Both the position numbers and the translations under genes were made by a program. A DNA stretch of 64,000 nt from Carcharhinus longimanus (lineage: Eukaryota). This document shows, piece after piece, positions 50,685-63,917 of the stretch. The notes under the pieces were generated by a model. That model worked only from the letters and a program-made list of their open reading frames with translations, searched no databases and was not told the DNA's origin. How positions within the stretch are numbered: position 1 is the stretch's first letter; the number at the start of each line of letters is the position of its first letter. Location: assembly GCA_030264375.1 (NCBI GenBank), contig JASCQW010000001.1, positions 126,162,734-126,226,733 on the forward strand, read 5' to 3'.

Positions 50685-51475
50685 CCAGTGGTTAACACCC
50701 ATAAAAGGTTACACCAGTACATAGGTTTACCCTTTGGAGTCCCATCAGCCTGTCCCATTCACCAGCATATGATGGAAAGTTTTTTTTGCTGGGCCTTCCT
50801 AACATAGTGGTGTATCTTAATGACCTCTGAATTATGGGAGCCTCACCTGAGGAACACAGGACAAATTTAGAGGAGGTTCTAAGAAGGTTTAAAGAAATGG
50901 ACATCCGTTTAAAATGAGAGAAATACACTTTCCAGCTGGATGAGGTTACATTCCTAGGATTCAGTGTAGATGCTGAAGGCCTATTGCCTTTGGAAGACAA
51001 CATTAAAGCCATTAAGGAAGTACCACAACCTAAAAATGTGTTTGAGTTAAAATCATTCCTAGGAATGGTGAATTACGACGGCAGGTTCTTACTACAATTT
51101 TAGTCCCACTTCACTGGCTTTTGAAGAAACATCAGTGATGGAAATGGCAAGAAGCACAAAAAGAGTGGTTTGTAAAAGTAAAGCAAGCCTTCCAGTCATC
51201 AGCACTGTTTGCAAATTTTGATCCAATCAAACTTTTGGTAGTTACCTGTGATGCATCGCCATATGGAGTGGGAGTAGTCTTGTCCCATAAGATGTCAGAT
51301 GGAGTGGTGGGGCCAATTGCATTGCCGTCAGATGTTGAGGAAAAGTATTCTCAGGTTGACAAAGTCTGGAGGTAATTTGTGCGGTGAAGATGCTTCATCA
51401 ATATATGTGGTAGACATGTCACCATTGTATCAGATCACAAACCATTGCTGGGTTTATTCTGAGAGGATAAGAGTG
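50685..51475 (+). mobile_element. Gypsy/Ty3 pol fragment (RT-RNase H), decayed
   Basis: LPFGV.SA, VYLNDL, VTFLG, LKSFLGMVNY, VTCDASPYGVGVVLSH, SDHKPLLGLF. Confidence 0.92.
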
Positions 51476-51789
51476 TGCAAAGGTGGGTCTATTGCTAGCT
51501 GCGCAAAGCTACAGTATCCAGCATGGGCCAGGAATGGAAATATTGAATGTGGATGCGCTCAACTGCTCACTCACCTCACTCACCGCCCCTTTGCTGACTC
51601 TTGTTATGCACTCTTCACAACTGAATTTCTACCTATATTTGTGTCAACAGCAAAATGTAGCAACCATACATCTGGTCCCTTCATCTAGGGGGTATATATT
51701 GGATTGATACGGATTGTAAGTTTTCGAGGCCACAGCACTGATACCTGTGGTACTCCACCATCAGATCCAGATGGACCTAATCCTAAGGT

Positions 51790-53435
51790 CTGAAAAAATG
51801 TGATTGGTGAGATAGTTGAGAAAGACACATTGGTTTTAATTTTCTCAAATTCCCTAGATTCTGAAAAGGTCCCATCAGATTGGAAAATAATGAGTCCTGT
51901 ATTTGAGAAAGGAAGGAGATGGAATGCAGGAAACTACAGGCCAGTTAGATCAATGACTGTCTTAGAGAAATTGCTGGAATCTATTATTAAGGTGTTCATA
52001 GTGAGAAACTTAGAAAATTTCAATGCAATCAGGCAGTGTCAACGGCCAGAATTCTCCCAAAAAAATCGAAGTGTTGCATGCGCATCAAAACTGGAGTAAC
52101 TCGCTCCGTGTTTTTTGAAGTGGGAGTTCAGAGAAGAATCTCCTACACTCTGTACACTGTAGAGGCCACCAGCGTGAATATCATTAAATTTTAGGGGGCG
52201 GGTTCTATCCCCACTGGCGAGGCTGAAATCAGTGTGCTGAGTGGGCCACTGACCACCACCACCACCGCCCCCCCCGCCAAGCGCTGATTGCTGGCCTCTC
52301 TCGTTCCCCCACCGATCCCAAGAACAACAAAAAGAACAAACAAAGAACAGTACAGCACAGGAAACAGGCCCTTCGGCCCTCCAAGCCTGTGCCGCTCATT
52401 GGCCCAACTAGACCANNNNNNNNNNNNNNNNNNNNNNNNNNNNNNNNNNNNNNNNNNNNNNNNNNNNNNNNNNNNNNNNNNNNNNNNNNNNNNNNNNNNN
52501 NNNNNNNNNNNNNNNNNNNNNNNNNNNNNNNNNNNNNNNNNNNNNNNNNNNNNNNNNNNNNNNNNNNNNNNNNNNNNNNNNNNNNNNNNNNNNNNNNNNN
52601 NNNNNNNNNNNNNNNNNNNNNNNNNNNNNNNNNNNNNNNNNNNNNNNNNNNNNNNNNNNNNNNNNNNNNNNNNNNNNNNNNNNNNNNNNNNNNNNNNNNN
52701 NNNNNNNNNNNNNNNNNNNNNNNNNNNNNNNNNNNNNNNNNNNNNNNNNNNNNNNNNNNNNNNNNNNNNNNNNNNNNNNNNNNNNNNNNNNNNNNNNNNN
52801 NNNNNNNNNNNNNNNNNNNNNNNNNNNNNNNNNNNNNNNNNNNNNNNNNNNNNNNNNNNNNNNNNNNNNNNNNNNNNNNNNNNNNNNNNNNNNNNNNNNN
52901 NNNNNNNNNNNNNNNNNNNNNNNNNNNNNNNNNNNNNNNNNNNNNNNNNNNNNNNNNNNNNNNNNNNNNNNNNNNNNNNNNNNNNGGGCCATTAGCTCCC
53001 TGTTAGTGGGGAGTTACCCCGAGTGGGGGAAAGTTTAGCGGACCTGGAGACTTCAGTCGGGCCTGATAATCATATTTAAATCGCATTTATAGTAATATTT
53101 AAATAACTTCTGCACTCCTCACCGATTTCTGGCACAGAATAGTGCTGGAAATCTGGCACTGGGAGACACTATTGGAGTGGAATGCATGCATGAATCCCGC
53201 CATCGTCCACCGCAAGATTCTCCTGGCCCGATGCACTAAAAAACTAGCACGACGGAATAGAGGCATCGCGGGCAACATGGTTTTGTGCAAGAAAATCATG
53301 TTTGACTAATCTGCTGGAGTTCTTTGAAGTGCAAGCAACATGGATGAAGGGGAACCTATCGATGTGCTGAAGGCATTTGACAAAGTACCACATCAAAAGT
53401 TAATACACAAAATAAGAGCTCATGGTGTAGGGATT
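51790..53435 (+). mobile_element. CR1 RT fragment split by a MITE
   Basis: GNYRPV..KLLESII..IRQ-Q | HGFV..SCLTNLLEFFE..KAFDKVPH. Confidence 0.9.
52044..53273. mobile_element. Harbinger-type MITE (contains a CR1 3' end and a gap)
   Basis: Starts ggccagaattctccc; 3-bp TSD aac (52041-52043, 53274-53276) interrupts the CR1 QHGF motif. Confidence 0.7.
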
Positions 53436-54679
53436 GGCATATGGAGTGGGACATGAACTCGCTATCTTTGATTCAGAGATGATAGTAATACCAACTGAGG
53501 CATGACTCTCCCTACAAGGTTATTGAGTGCAGAGCGGAAGAGGACAACAGCAGGTGTGAAAGTTCATTGTCATCTGGTGAACAAGAGGCCCGATGTGTGA
53601 GCTAAGGTCTCAACTCTGAGAGCGGCTGGGGTAAAGGTGAGCTGCTAAAAGTTCTACTTTTCCTGAAGCACTTGCATTGGCAGTTGCAGTCTGAAAGGAG
53701 GGAGCGAGAGAGTAAGTACGCTAGATAGGGTTCTGAAGGGCATTAATCCAGGCTATTGTCTGGGATCACTCTGACTCTACAGATGCCAACTGTCCCTGTT
53801 CCAAAGTAACAGATTCCAGAATCAGGACATTCCTTCCCCGAAGGATGCTAGGATGGTAATAATACTCGAGACCTAATGAAAAGAAACAGAATTTAATTCA
53901 CATACTGCTGGCAAGTCTCCAGAATTAGACAATTCCAGGTGAGGATAGAAAAAAATGAAGAAGGATTGCATGAAATACAACCAATCCTGGGATATTTGAT
54001 TCATTTGGTTTACTATACATACCATGACTATCCCAGCTGATGCAATGCCTCAAAATGTCCCTAATTTTCTAGATTCAGTTTGTGTTGGAATGTGTGTTAC
54101 TTCTCATGAAAACTAAATTAATGCCAAAAAAACCCAAATCTTTTTAACCGTTTTAGCCTTTTCTGTAAACAGTATTTTAGTTTGAAGTGGTATTAACATA
54201 TTGGGGGTTGCATTGGAATGAGGCAGAGCCAGACGCTCTGGGAGAAGCTTTATTCATATGATGCTGAAGCATTCTTGTTCCACACTGGGTTGAGTAACTT
54301 CCTCTGATTTCAACAATCACTAATTAAATACAAACGTTAAATGTCATAAAGGGATGGAATCAAATAAATAAATATTCAAATTATTCATTCTTATGTGATT
54401 TACCTTGAGAAAGGGTGAGATCCCTTTCTAAAAACGAATGCTTCAGTTTCTGTCATTATTTAGCTAAAGGTGGAATGAATGACACCAGTTGTTTTAACAG
54501 CATCTTTTTATCTCTGCACTAAGTTGAGTCTAATACAGCAAAATGAGATGACAGGTGTCACAACAACCATCAGAGAAAAGAGGCTAATTGAAAGGAATGC
54601 CAGCTCTGGTTCCTGTTACAATCTCCGTTGAGACCGATTACGTTTAAGCACTTTGACAGGATGAATAGAAAAACATTTA

Positions 54680-55395
54680 AAATGAAGAGAGAATGTTGAA
54701 TGCTATGGTGCAGAGGAACCTGGATATCCTTATACATGAATCACAAAATATCAGTGTGTAAGTACAGCAATTGGGAAAGCAAATGAATATTGGTCTTAAT
54801 TGCAAGGAGGATGGAGCACAGGAGGTTTTGCTACAACTGGACAGTTTAGGTAAGACAGCACTGTGTGTAGTTTTGGTAACCTTACTTAAGGAGGGACACA
54901 CTTGCATGGAAGGCAGTTCAAAGAAGGTTTGCCATGCCGATTCCTGGGATGAAGAGGTTTATTTTATGAGGCGAGGTTGGGAAGCTGAGCCAATATTTAG
55001 TGGAGTTTAGAAAAATGAGAGATGATCTTATTGACACACAAAGGATTCTGAGGGAGCTGGACAGGGTAAATGCTGAGAGGATATTCCTCTTGTAGGGAAA
55101 TGTAGATCAAGAGGGCATGATTTCAAAATAAGGAGCCTCCTATTTAAGATGGAAAATAGCAGGAATTTCCCCTTTTGAGAGTTGTTAGTGTTTGGAGTTC
55201 TCCTCAGAGATCAATAAAGGCTGGATCATTGGATACATTGGAAACTGAGTTGCTTAGTGCTTTTGATTGCTAAGTTAAAGATTGCGGTGGATAGACCAAG
55301 AAAGTTGAGTTTGCACCACAATTAGATCAGTAATAATTTACTTGAATGATGGAATAGGCTCCTGAAGCTCAAAATGACCTATTCTTGATCCTGTT
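54680..55395 (+). mobile_element. CR1 LINE 3' region, old
   Basis: VQRNLD.., EFRKMRDDLI.., RGHDFKIR. Confidence 0.85.
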
Positions 55396-56937
55396 GAAAT
55401 TTCAGTTAATAGCTGGAAGAATGACATGGCTAGATTGCATGTTTTAAAACTTCTATTGTAACAAATGACCCCTACTGACTAAACATTACTTTCTTTTTGT
55501 AGGCAACTTACACTGTAACTGCAGAAAATAATATTTCCCTTGTATGCTTAGCATCCATTGCGCTCCCCACAAAGTTACAGTCCTCTTAGCAAACAGTCCA
55601 CAGCTGCTCCCAGATTTCAAGGGGTTCCAGTTTCACCACTTCACTGAGCAGTAACTTTGAGTGCTCATTTCCAGGCACTTTCCTCAGTTCTTGGGACTTC
55701 CTTAAATCTACCACCAGCAGTAAAGTTTATTCGGATTATTATTCTTGTGTCCCATGCCCTCCCACACCTGAACGTAACTCCCGGAAGGCTGAAGGATGCA
55801 TTTCTTTGGCCAAAGACCATCTGCCTCCTACATCCGACTGCAGCAGCTCACCAAACCAAAGCAGTATTTTCTCTGCACAGAACTTCTGTAGTCTGTGAAA
55901 GTCATTGGTTCATAGGCAACCTTGATTGCAAATTGGCTCTCTCTCCTATGGCAATGTGCATTGAGGTAGCAACACTAATTAACTATCTCTAACTCCAAAT
56001 CCCTTTAATCTTGAAAGTAAATGGATGATTGTTTGCAGCCCTATAACACCTTACTGGGTCTTTGGGAAGCTCAAAGTTTACACATTGTAAACTCTGAGAT
56101 TGCTGTCATTGCCTCCAGCAGTAAATATCTGTGCCTTCTTCTCAGAAAACAATATAAACCTTCCTTTAATCTCTAACAATCAAACCACCCAGGTTCACTG
56201 TCAGGCAGTCTACAGAAGAGGTTATTTGACCTCTTATTTAGCCTGGATTTAAAGCTACAATCCCAAAGTATAATAATCTTGTAAATTGTTACATTTCATT
56301 GGACATAAACATTCCGTACACAACTTTCCTGTGTATTTATCATTAATTTTTTTAATCTGACTCAATTTGTAAGTTTGAGAAGTACAAAAAATAGGATATG
56401 TATGTTGTTTTTCAGAAGCTGGTCACTTACTTGGGCACATTGATATAATGTAGGTTACGTACAGTGTTACATTAAGCTAGTTCCTATAAATCTGTTCTGG
56501 AAGAGTTTGAAACTTTAGATTGCATCTGGTCAGTACAAATCTATCACTGGTACTGCTTAATGTTGGTTCTAGAAATGAAATCGTCTCATATGTCTGAAGT
56601 TATTGATTGTTTCTTTATGAACATAATTACAAAAAAAAAGCAATAATTCTAGCGAGTGAACAAAAAATGCGTATTTGATACTCTAGAATAGGATTAAAGG
56701 TTATTTCTGCCTTTCAGCATGAACAGAAATATGACTGCAACCGATATGAAATTAAAAGCCCTACTAAAGTCGAAGGTAAGAAATGAATGCCCTGCAGTTC
56801 CTTTTATATCAGGTTAAAATGTTTTTGTTGTCGGCTATTGCCTTCATGTTATGATAGAATAATACAACATGGCAAGAAACTATTTAAACCATCGAGTTTC
56901 CACTGGATCTTTCAAAGAGCATTTAACTTTTTCATTT

Positions 56938-57310
56938 AGAGTCATAGAGGTTTACAGCATGGAAACAGGCCCTTCAGCCCAACTTGTCCATGCTGCCCTT
57001 TTTTTTAAAACCCCTAAGCTAAGCCCAATTGCCCGCATTTGGCCAATATCCCTCTATACCCATTGTACCCATGTAACTAACTAAATGCTTTTTAAAAGAA
57101 AAAATTATACCCATCTCTACTACTATCTCTGGCAGCTTGTTCCAGACACTCACCAGCCTCTGTGTGAAAAAATTACCCCTCTGGACACTTTTGTATTTCT
57201 CTCCTCTCATCTTAAACCTATGCCCTCTAATTTTTGACTCTCCTATCTTTGGGAAAAGATATTGACTATCTAGCTGATCGGTGCCCCTCATTATTTTATA
57301 AACCTCTATA
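56938..57310 (-). mobile_element. CR1 LINE 3' end, abutting an HE1 head (57312-57370, +)
   Basis: IEVYKIMRG..RGHRFK..FFTQRLVSVWNKLP. Confidence 0.92.
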
Positions 57311-57489
57311 AGCACAGTGGTTAGCACTGCTGCTTCACAGCTTCAGGGTCCTGTGATCGATTCCTGGCTCAGTTAGGTGCCTGAATTGGAAATTAACCAG
57401 CGATCCAGTTTTCACAAGGATCTACAGTCTCTACCACACCTCTATCCCCTGTCCCCAGCATCTCCTCACTGTGGTCTTGGTCTCTAGCT

Positions 57490-58548
57490 CCAATACCAAG
57501 CCTCCACCATGCCCGAATCCAAGAGCCCAGTCTTCACCATGCCCCAACCCCAATGTCCAGTCTCCACCATGCCCCAATCCCAATGTCCAGTCTCCACCAT
57601 GCCCCAATCCCAATGACCAGCCCCCAATGTGTCCCAACACCAATGTCCATATTCCACTATGCCCCAATCCCAATGTCCAGACTCCACCATGTTCCAATCT
57701 CAATGTCCAACCTCCATCATGTTCCAATCACAATGTCCAGCCTCCAATATGTCCCAAACCCAATGTCCAGATTCCACTCTGCTCCAACCCCAATGTCCAG
57801 TCTCCACCATGCCGCAACCCCAATGTCCAGCCCACAATGTGTCCCAACCCCAATGTCCATATTCCACTATGCCACAATCCCAATGTCCAGCATCCACCAT
57901 GTTCCAACCCCAATATCCAGCCTCCAACATGTCCCAAACCCAATGTCCAGATTCCACTATGCTCCAACCCCAATGTCCAGCCTCCACCATGCTCCAACCC
58001 CATTGTCCAGCCTCCACCATGCCCCAACCCCAATGTCCAGATTCCACCATGCCCTAAGCCCAATCTCCTGCCTCCATCAAGTTCCAAATCTAATGTCCAG
58101 CCTCCACTGTGTTCCAACCCCAATGTCCTGCCTCCACCATGTTCCAACCCCAATGTCCTGCCTTCACCATGTTCCAACTGCAATGTCCTGCCTCCACCAT
58201 GTTCCAACCCCAATGACCAACCTCCACCATGTTCCAACCTCAATGTCCAGGCTCCATCATGTTCCAATCCCGATGTCCAGCCTCCACCATGCTCCAACCC
58301 CATTGTCCTGCCTGCACCATGCCCCAACCCCAATGTCCAGATTCCACCATGCCCCAACCCAAATCTCTAGCCTCCAACAAGCTCCAAACCTAATGTCCAG
58401 CCTCCATCGTGTTCCAACTCCAATGTCCAGCCTCCACCATCTCCAATCCCATTGTCCAGCCTCCACCATGTCCCAACCCCAATGTCCAGATTCCACCATG
58501 CCCCAACCCAAATCTCTAGCCTCCAACAAGCTCCAAACCTAATGTCCA
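57490..58548. repeat. 30-bp minisatellite, about 35 units, running into a gap
   Basis: Consensus about ccaatgtccagcctccaccatgttccaacc; units stay in register on the 60-nt lines. Confidence 0.97.
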
Positions 58549-58871
58549 NNNNNNNNNNNNNNNNNNNNNNNNNNNNNNNNNNNNNNNNNNNNNNNNNNNN
58601 NNNNNNNNNNNNNNNNNNNNNNNNNNNNNNNNNNNNNNNNNNNNNNNNNNNNNNNNNNNNNNNNNNNNNNNNNNNNNNNNNNNNNNNNNNNNNNNNNNNN
58701 NNNNNNNNNNNNNNNNNNNNNNNNNNNNNNNNNNNNNNNNNNNNNNNNNNNNNNNNNNNNNNNNNNNNNNNNNNNNNNNNNNNNNNNNNNNNNNNNNNNN
58801 NNNNNNNNNNNNNNNNNNNNNNNNNNNNNNNNNNNNNNNNNNNNNNNNNNNNNNNNNNNNNNNNNNNNNNN

Positions 58872-59090
58872 AACAGTGGGCCCAGCACTGATCCCTGAGG
58901 CACACCGCTGGTCACAGGCCTCCAGTTTGAAAAACAATTCTCTACAACAACCTTCTGGCTTCTGTCAAGAAGCCAATTTTGTATCCATTTAGATACCTCA
59001 CCCTGGATCCCGTGAGATTTAATCTTATGCAAAAACCTACCATACGGTACCTTGTGAAAGGCTTTGCCAAAGCCTATGTAGACAACATCA
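58872..59090 (-). mobile_element. CR1 RT fragment
   Basis: DVVYIGFGKAFHKVPY..WIQNWL..VTSGVPQGSVLGPL. Confidence 0.95.
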
Positions 59091-59524
59091 ATTGCATTTA
59101 GCCCTGCTCCTGTACTCATTCCCCATATCACTGCAGTTTCTTCTCCTTCAAGCATTTGTCCAATTTATTTTTGAAAGCTGCACTTGAATCAGTTTCCAAT
59201 ACCACAATATCAGTGAATTCCAAATTTGCTATTTAACGATTTGCTATGTAAAAAAAAAAGATTCCCCTAATGTTCCCTGCCTCGGGTCCTATTTCCAGTC
59301 TCCTTAAATTTGTTCCTGTTGGTTATTTGCGGCCAGCCATTAGAAAGTTTCTCTTTATTTACTCCAGCTAAACTTGTCATGATTTTCAACATCTCGATCA
59401 AATCTCCTCTTGGCCTTTACTGCTTTAAAGAGAAACAAACCCAGCTTTGTGGTGCAGTCCCCAGTATACTGGGGAGAGCAAACTCAGATGGGGTGATTGC
59501 TTTGTGGAAAACTTTGGTTCAGTT

Positions 59525-60830
59525 TTCAAGTGTTGCCATTTTAATTCTCCACCCCACTACTATTCTGACCTTCCTGACCTTGGCCTCCTACACTATTCTA
59601 ATGAAACTTAACAGAAGCTTGTGGAACATAACTTCACCTTTTATTATGTAATTTTCAGCCTTCTGGACTCACTGACTAATGGGCCAGAACTTCCAAAGAG
59701 TGGCAATTGCAGTTGGAATGCTACTTGGCTACTTCTACTTTTACCCAACCTTAGTCAAGCAGGTTCAGGGAGGGTGTAATCTAGTGGGGTGAGAGGTGGG
59801 TGGTGGTTGGGATGTAGTATGGGCTAGTTGGAGGATCAGAGTCAGCAAGGTATTAACGGGTGGGGGCAGTCCGGGTGGCTGGTGGTAGTTGGGGGTTAGT
59901 CAAGGGGGAGCATGGGTGAGAAGTGTTTGGGAGGGTAGTCGAGGAGATTGGAGCAGGGTAATTTGACGGGTCAGTGTAGATAGGGGCGAGGGGGTTCATC
60001 GGGGGAATGGAGTGTTGGCTGGTGAGGATGGAGTGTGTGGCTGGGTGGGTGGTTTGGAGGGAGTTAGGAGGGTAGTCAGGAGGCTGGGAGGTTGGCGGAA
60101 TGAGGACATTAGTCAAGGGTGGGGTGATAGCTGAGAGAGATGGATGCTGCATTGCGGCTAGAGAGATTGGTTGGTTGGGGTTATGATGGTGGTCAAAGGG
60201 TCCATTGGGGGTGTTGTTTGTGTTTGGGATGGGTGAGAGTCAATACTATAGTTAGCCAGGCGCTGGGAATGGTTTTAATCTTTGTAGTTATTTCTGCTCA
60301 GAGAATCAGAACTGTTCGAAGTCTTTGATCTGTATCAGAAAATAGGATGGTTCCCAGTGGAGGTAATTGTCTATCAAAAGTTTGAACTTTCAGAGTAACT
60401 TGCCCAGGGATGTTTGGAGTCCCAGTGCATCTTCTGGGGTATTTTCTGGGTACAACCTGCAGGATGTCGGATATTCTAGGCTATTATTAAACTCAAATCC
60501 TACTCTGCAATTTTTCCAGTCAGCAGATGTTGATTGTGATGCTGATATTGATATCCACACCTCCCCGGTCTTATCTTTTGTTTCATTGCTTGTCCCACCA
60601 GCACCCCATTTTGCCTGCATCTTCATTTCTTTTATCATTTAATTTCTCCTCACTTCCACCCTGTCACAGACCATCCTTTTTATTTTTAATTCCCTTTGCC
60701 TCCCTCTGTACTTGCATAAAACCTGTTGTGTCCCTCCAGTTCTGGAAAATTGACCTGTAACATTAATTTTGTTTCTTATGTTATAGCTGATGCCTGACAT
60801 GTTGAATATTTCCTGTTTTTATTTGAGTAG
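59525..60830 (+). mobile_element. Penelope-like element 3' part (GIY-YIG C-terminus 59525-59675; terminus 60525-60830) split by a G-rich MITE-like insert (59680-60520)
   Basis: CHFNSPPHYYSDL..LGLLHYSNE..KLVEHNF..QPSGL. Confidence 0.7.
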
Positions 60831-61619
60831 TGTGCTACGTTTTGTTTGACCTTGTATCTGTCATGTGATATATAGTTTAGTACATTTGCTCTATTGCAGC
60901 AACAGATGAATTGCTGTATCATTTAAGTTGCAGTAGGTCTATGAAAAGTGACCGCATTCGCACTCCAAATCTTGGACTTGTATGACAATACCACTGACCG
61001 GAGAAAATGTTTTTTTATTTATTCGTGGGACATGGGCATTGCTGGCAGGCAGTATTTATTGCCTATCCCTAATTGTCTTTGAGAAGGTGGTGATGAGTTC
61101 CCTTCTTAAAATGGTGCAGTCCACATGTTGACAGTTGACCCACAATATCTTGGATCATATGAGAGTTTGAATCAGTGCTCACACCATTAATTGCTTTTAA
61201 AAATATACATTTATATTGAAAAAATTAAAGATCAAAAATCAAGAGAAATGATAATACAACATGATATTCACAAGGGAGTGGTAGTTTTTAATAATATAAG
61301 GAAAGTAGCGTTATGGTATCTGATAACCATCTCCATCTGTTAGCTGATGAAATGGCTGGAATTTCGCAACCTTGTTATCAAAGTAGACAACTTTTTCAAC
61401 GATCACAAACTGTGTGAACTAATGAAGAGAAAATATAGCAGGTACACATATCCTGATTAGTTTCTGTTCTCGCCTATTCAAATTAAATTCCTTATAATGT
61501 GGAATCATTTCAATTGAAAGATGGTATATTTTCTTTTGTGATAATAAATGAGATTTCTTCGTATCTACATTGGTAGCTTTCATTTTTGCTGTGAAGGTAG
61601 TAGCCACCCAGAACTCTAA

Positions 61620-61810
61620 CTGCTGGATCAGGAATTGCAATTGTGAGGTTGACTACTTTTCCCTGAGAAGAATGGGACCAGGCTGCTTGATGCCCTCTGT
61701 TGCGTTGACATTGCAGTGGCAGCAAGTAGCCTGGAAGGTCAGCTCCTGGGCTCTGGTCCCAGGATCTAGCAGCAGTGTTGGAATAAGTTTACTGACATTA
61801 TGTGGGTGTC
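61620..61810 (+). mobile_element. Harbinger SANT exon remnant
   Basis: QWQQVAWKVS..VPRI.QQCWNKFTDIM across a frameshift. Confidence 0.6.
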
Positions 61811-62209
61811 AAGGTCAGTGAATGTATTGTCAAAGGACATCTACTCAGTGCACCACCAGCCTCACATGCTGTGCAATACATGACATCCTGATCACTCATT
61901 GATGGGCCAAATGGTTACAGTGTTCCTTGACTATGCACAGCATGTGTCAACCTGACAAACCTTTCTCTTTCTTGATACTCCATTTTCCTTCTCTCCAGTT
62001 GTAGCACTGGAAGCAACAGTTTCTTTTCATCCCTTTAAGAGGGACAGACTCACTTTAAATACTGGAGGCTAGCTAGAGTGTACTCCACAGCCCGCTCCTG
62101 AACATGCAGCTGCCAACCGCGTAGGCTGAGCTCAGCTGCATGTTGAAGAGTTGCTGTCAAATGAGAATCAGTGGCTAAATATTTGAAGGGAAGAAGCTGG
62201 AATTGTACC

Positions 62210-63917
62210 TTGATAAATTTGATTTGTCAATTATTTTCACATTGATTAGTGCAGCAACAATTGTGTACAGATTCTCAAATATAAGTGAGTCTCTATTTGC
62301 TATTAGATTGCTCCCAAGGAAGTTCAGAATTTTGATGTTTTTGGCTGAAGTTGGTGCCATATATGCTGAGTGGATTGCCTGATAAATTTGTGAGATCTAT
62401 CTTTGTTGTGTCAGCTATTTAATGTGTAAGTTATAAATTATGTTGACCATGATTTTCATGTTGATTCTGGTTTGATTAAGTTAAAGTTATAGAAGTTGAA
62501 ATCTTGCCCATTGCTTTTTCATTGGGATCATTTAGTATCTTTGGTTCTTCTAATTTGTTACTAGCCCAATTAGTTTAAAAATACAGAAGCAGTGTCAAGG
62601 GTTCTATTCTAAAGCTCCTCTGTTCTTTGTTACCTTCAATAAAAGATTTTAATTTATTTTTCCTTCTTATTATGTTGACCTTTAACTTGCCAAGTTGGAA
62701 TATGGTGAGGTAATCCAACAGCAAACAGAGAACCACTTATAATTGAGAATCTGTACACAGTTCCAGCCAATGTGAAAGTAATTGACATATCAAATTTATC
62801 AAATTGCTCTCTGTAAATCTGGATATAGTCCTGAAGTAAAAATATCATTCATTTTTCCTGTAATTATTTTTCTATGGTTAACTTTCATAACTTAACCAAT
62901 CTGTTATATAATCTTATGGATAACAGGCGGACTGGCTGGCTGGCATTGAAATTCAGCAGTGGTAGTTAAAGTACATTCCCCTAATTAGATTTGTAACAAG
63001 AACATAGATATGTGCACATAAGTACATAGTTCACAGGAAATTACCTCCCAAAAGAGCAATTATAATTGATGGAAGTGCTTATTTAAAAAAAAGACTTTAG
63101 TGGAGGCAGTGTGACTTTCTCACTTCTAATGATTGTCCAAATGGGACTGTACGCTGTTCCTGAACCCTCAACTGAGCGCCTCTAATGGAGGAAGCACATT
63201 TCTATAATCCTTTCTAAATTGGCTGCTTTGATTTCTTTTTCAGTAGTGATAGTATTCTGAGCATTTGACAACTTAAACTTGTTCATGTAATTTGAAATGT
63301 ATCTGTACTCATTCTGGGAATTGTTTTCCAGTATTAGTCAGTTGTTCACTAAAGTAAAATCATTTTTATAAACACAAAATTCCAGAGGCCTCATTGCCTT
63401 TGCTATATGTTTTCCATTTGTGCTTTGTCAGTCCTAAAGTATGTTGCCCATATTGAATGTAAATGGAACAGATGATTCTGAGTACACCTTGTCCTTTGAA
63501 AGTCTGCATGATAGGAAGTTAATCTGATGGGCATCAGTGCTCTGCTATTTGGTCAATGCAGAGTTTCTAGTTTGCACTTCCACTAAAGGAGAAAAATGAT
63601 TAAAATATGTTTTAAAATTATTCAAGGGAAAATGTGCAAGCACAAGCAATAATTAAATATTTTTCTGATATGTTTGTGTGGAAGCTTGTATTAATCCATC
63701 TGTACATGCTGAATCATTGGTCTGTTTGTGTACCACTAGGTAACTGTAAGAATAAGCTATCAAAATAGCAGAAATAGTGTCAATATACAGTAAAAGGCTG
63801 GTCTCTGTCATATTCCAATGTGGCAAGTTCAAAATCAAAATAATGAATGAAAAGGAAAATTTAATCAAAATCTTTTATTGAAGGTGACAAAGGAATAGAG
63901 GGGATTTAGATTAAAAC
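62210..63917. repeat. Nested inverted duplications (62210-62309 vs 62712-62802; 62601-62704 vs 63809-63917)
   Basis: Both pairs align by eye as reverse complements over about 100 bp. Confidence 0.85.

Noticed and set aside
57490-58548. CRISPR-like periodicity
   Set aside because: Contiguous degenerate units with no unique spacers or cas genes; vertebrate context
43077-59155. Long ORFs of 170-340 aa containing X runs
   Set aside because: Artefacts of translating through N gaps
59760-60260. G-rich strand-biased tract and Pro/Thr-rich ORF
   Set aside because: Low-complexity interior of a MITE-like insertion
62101-62144. 12-bp perfect stem aacatgcagctg/cagctgcatgtt
   Set aside because: Short and probably within a Harbinger-derived remnant; no other support
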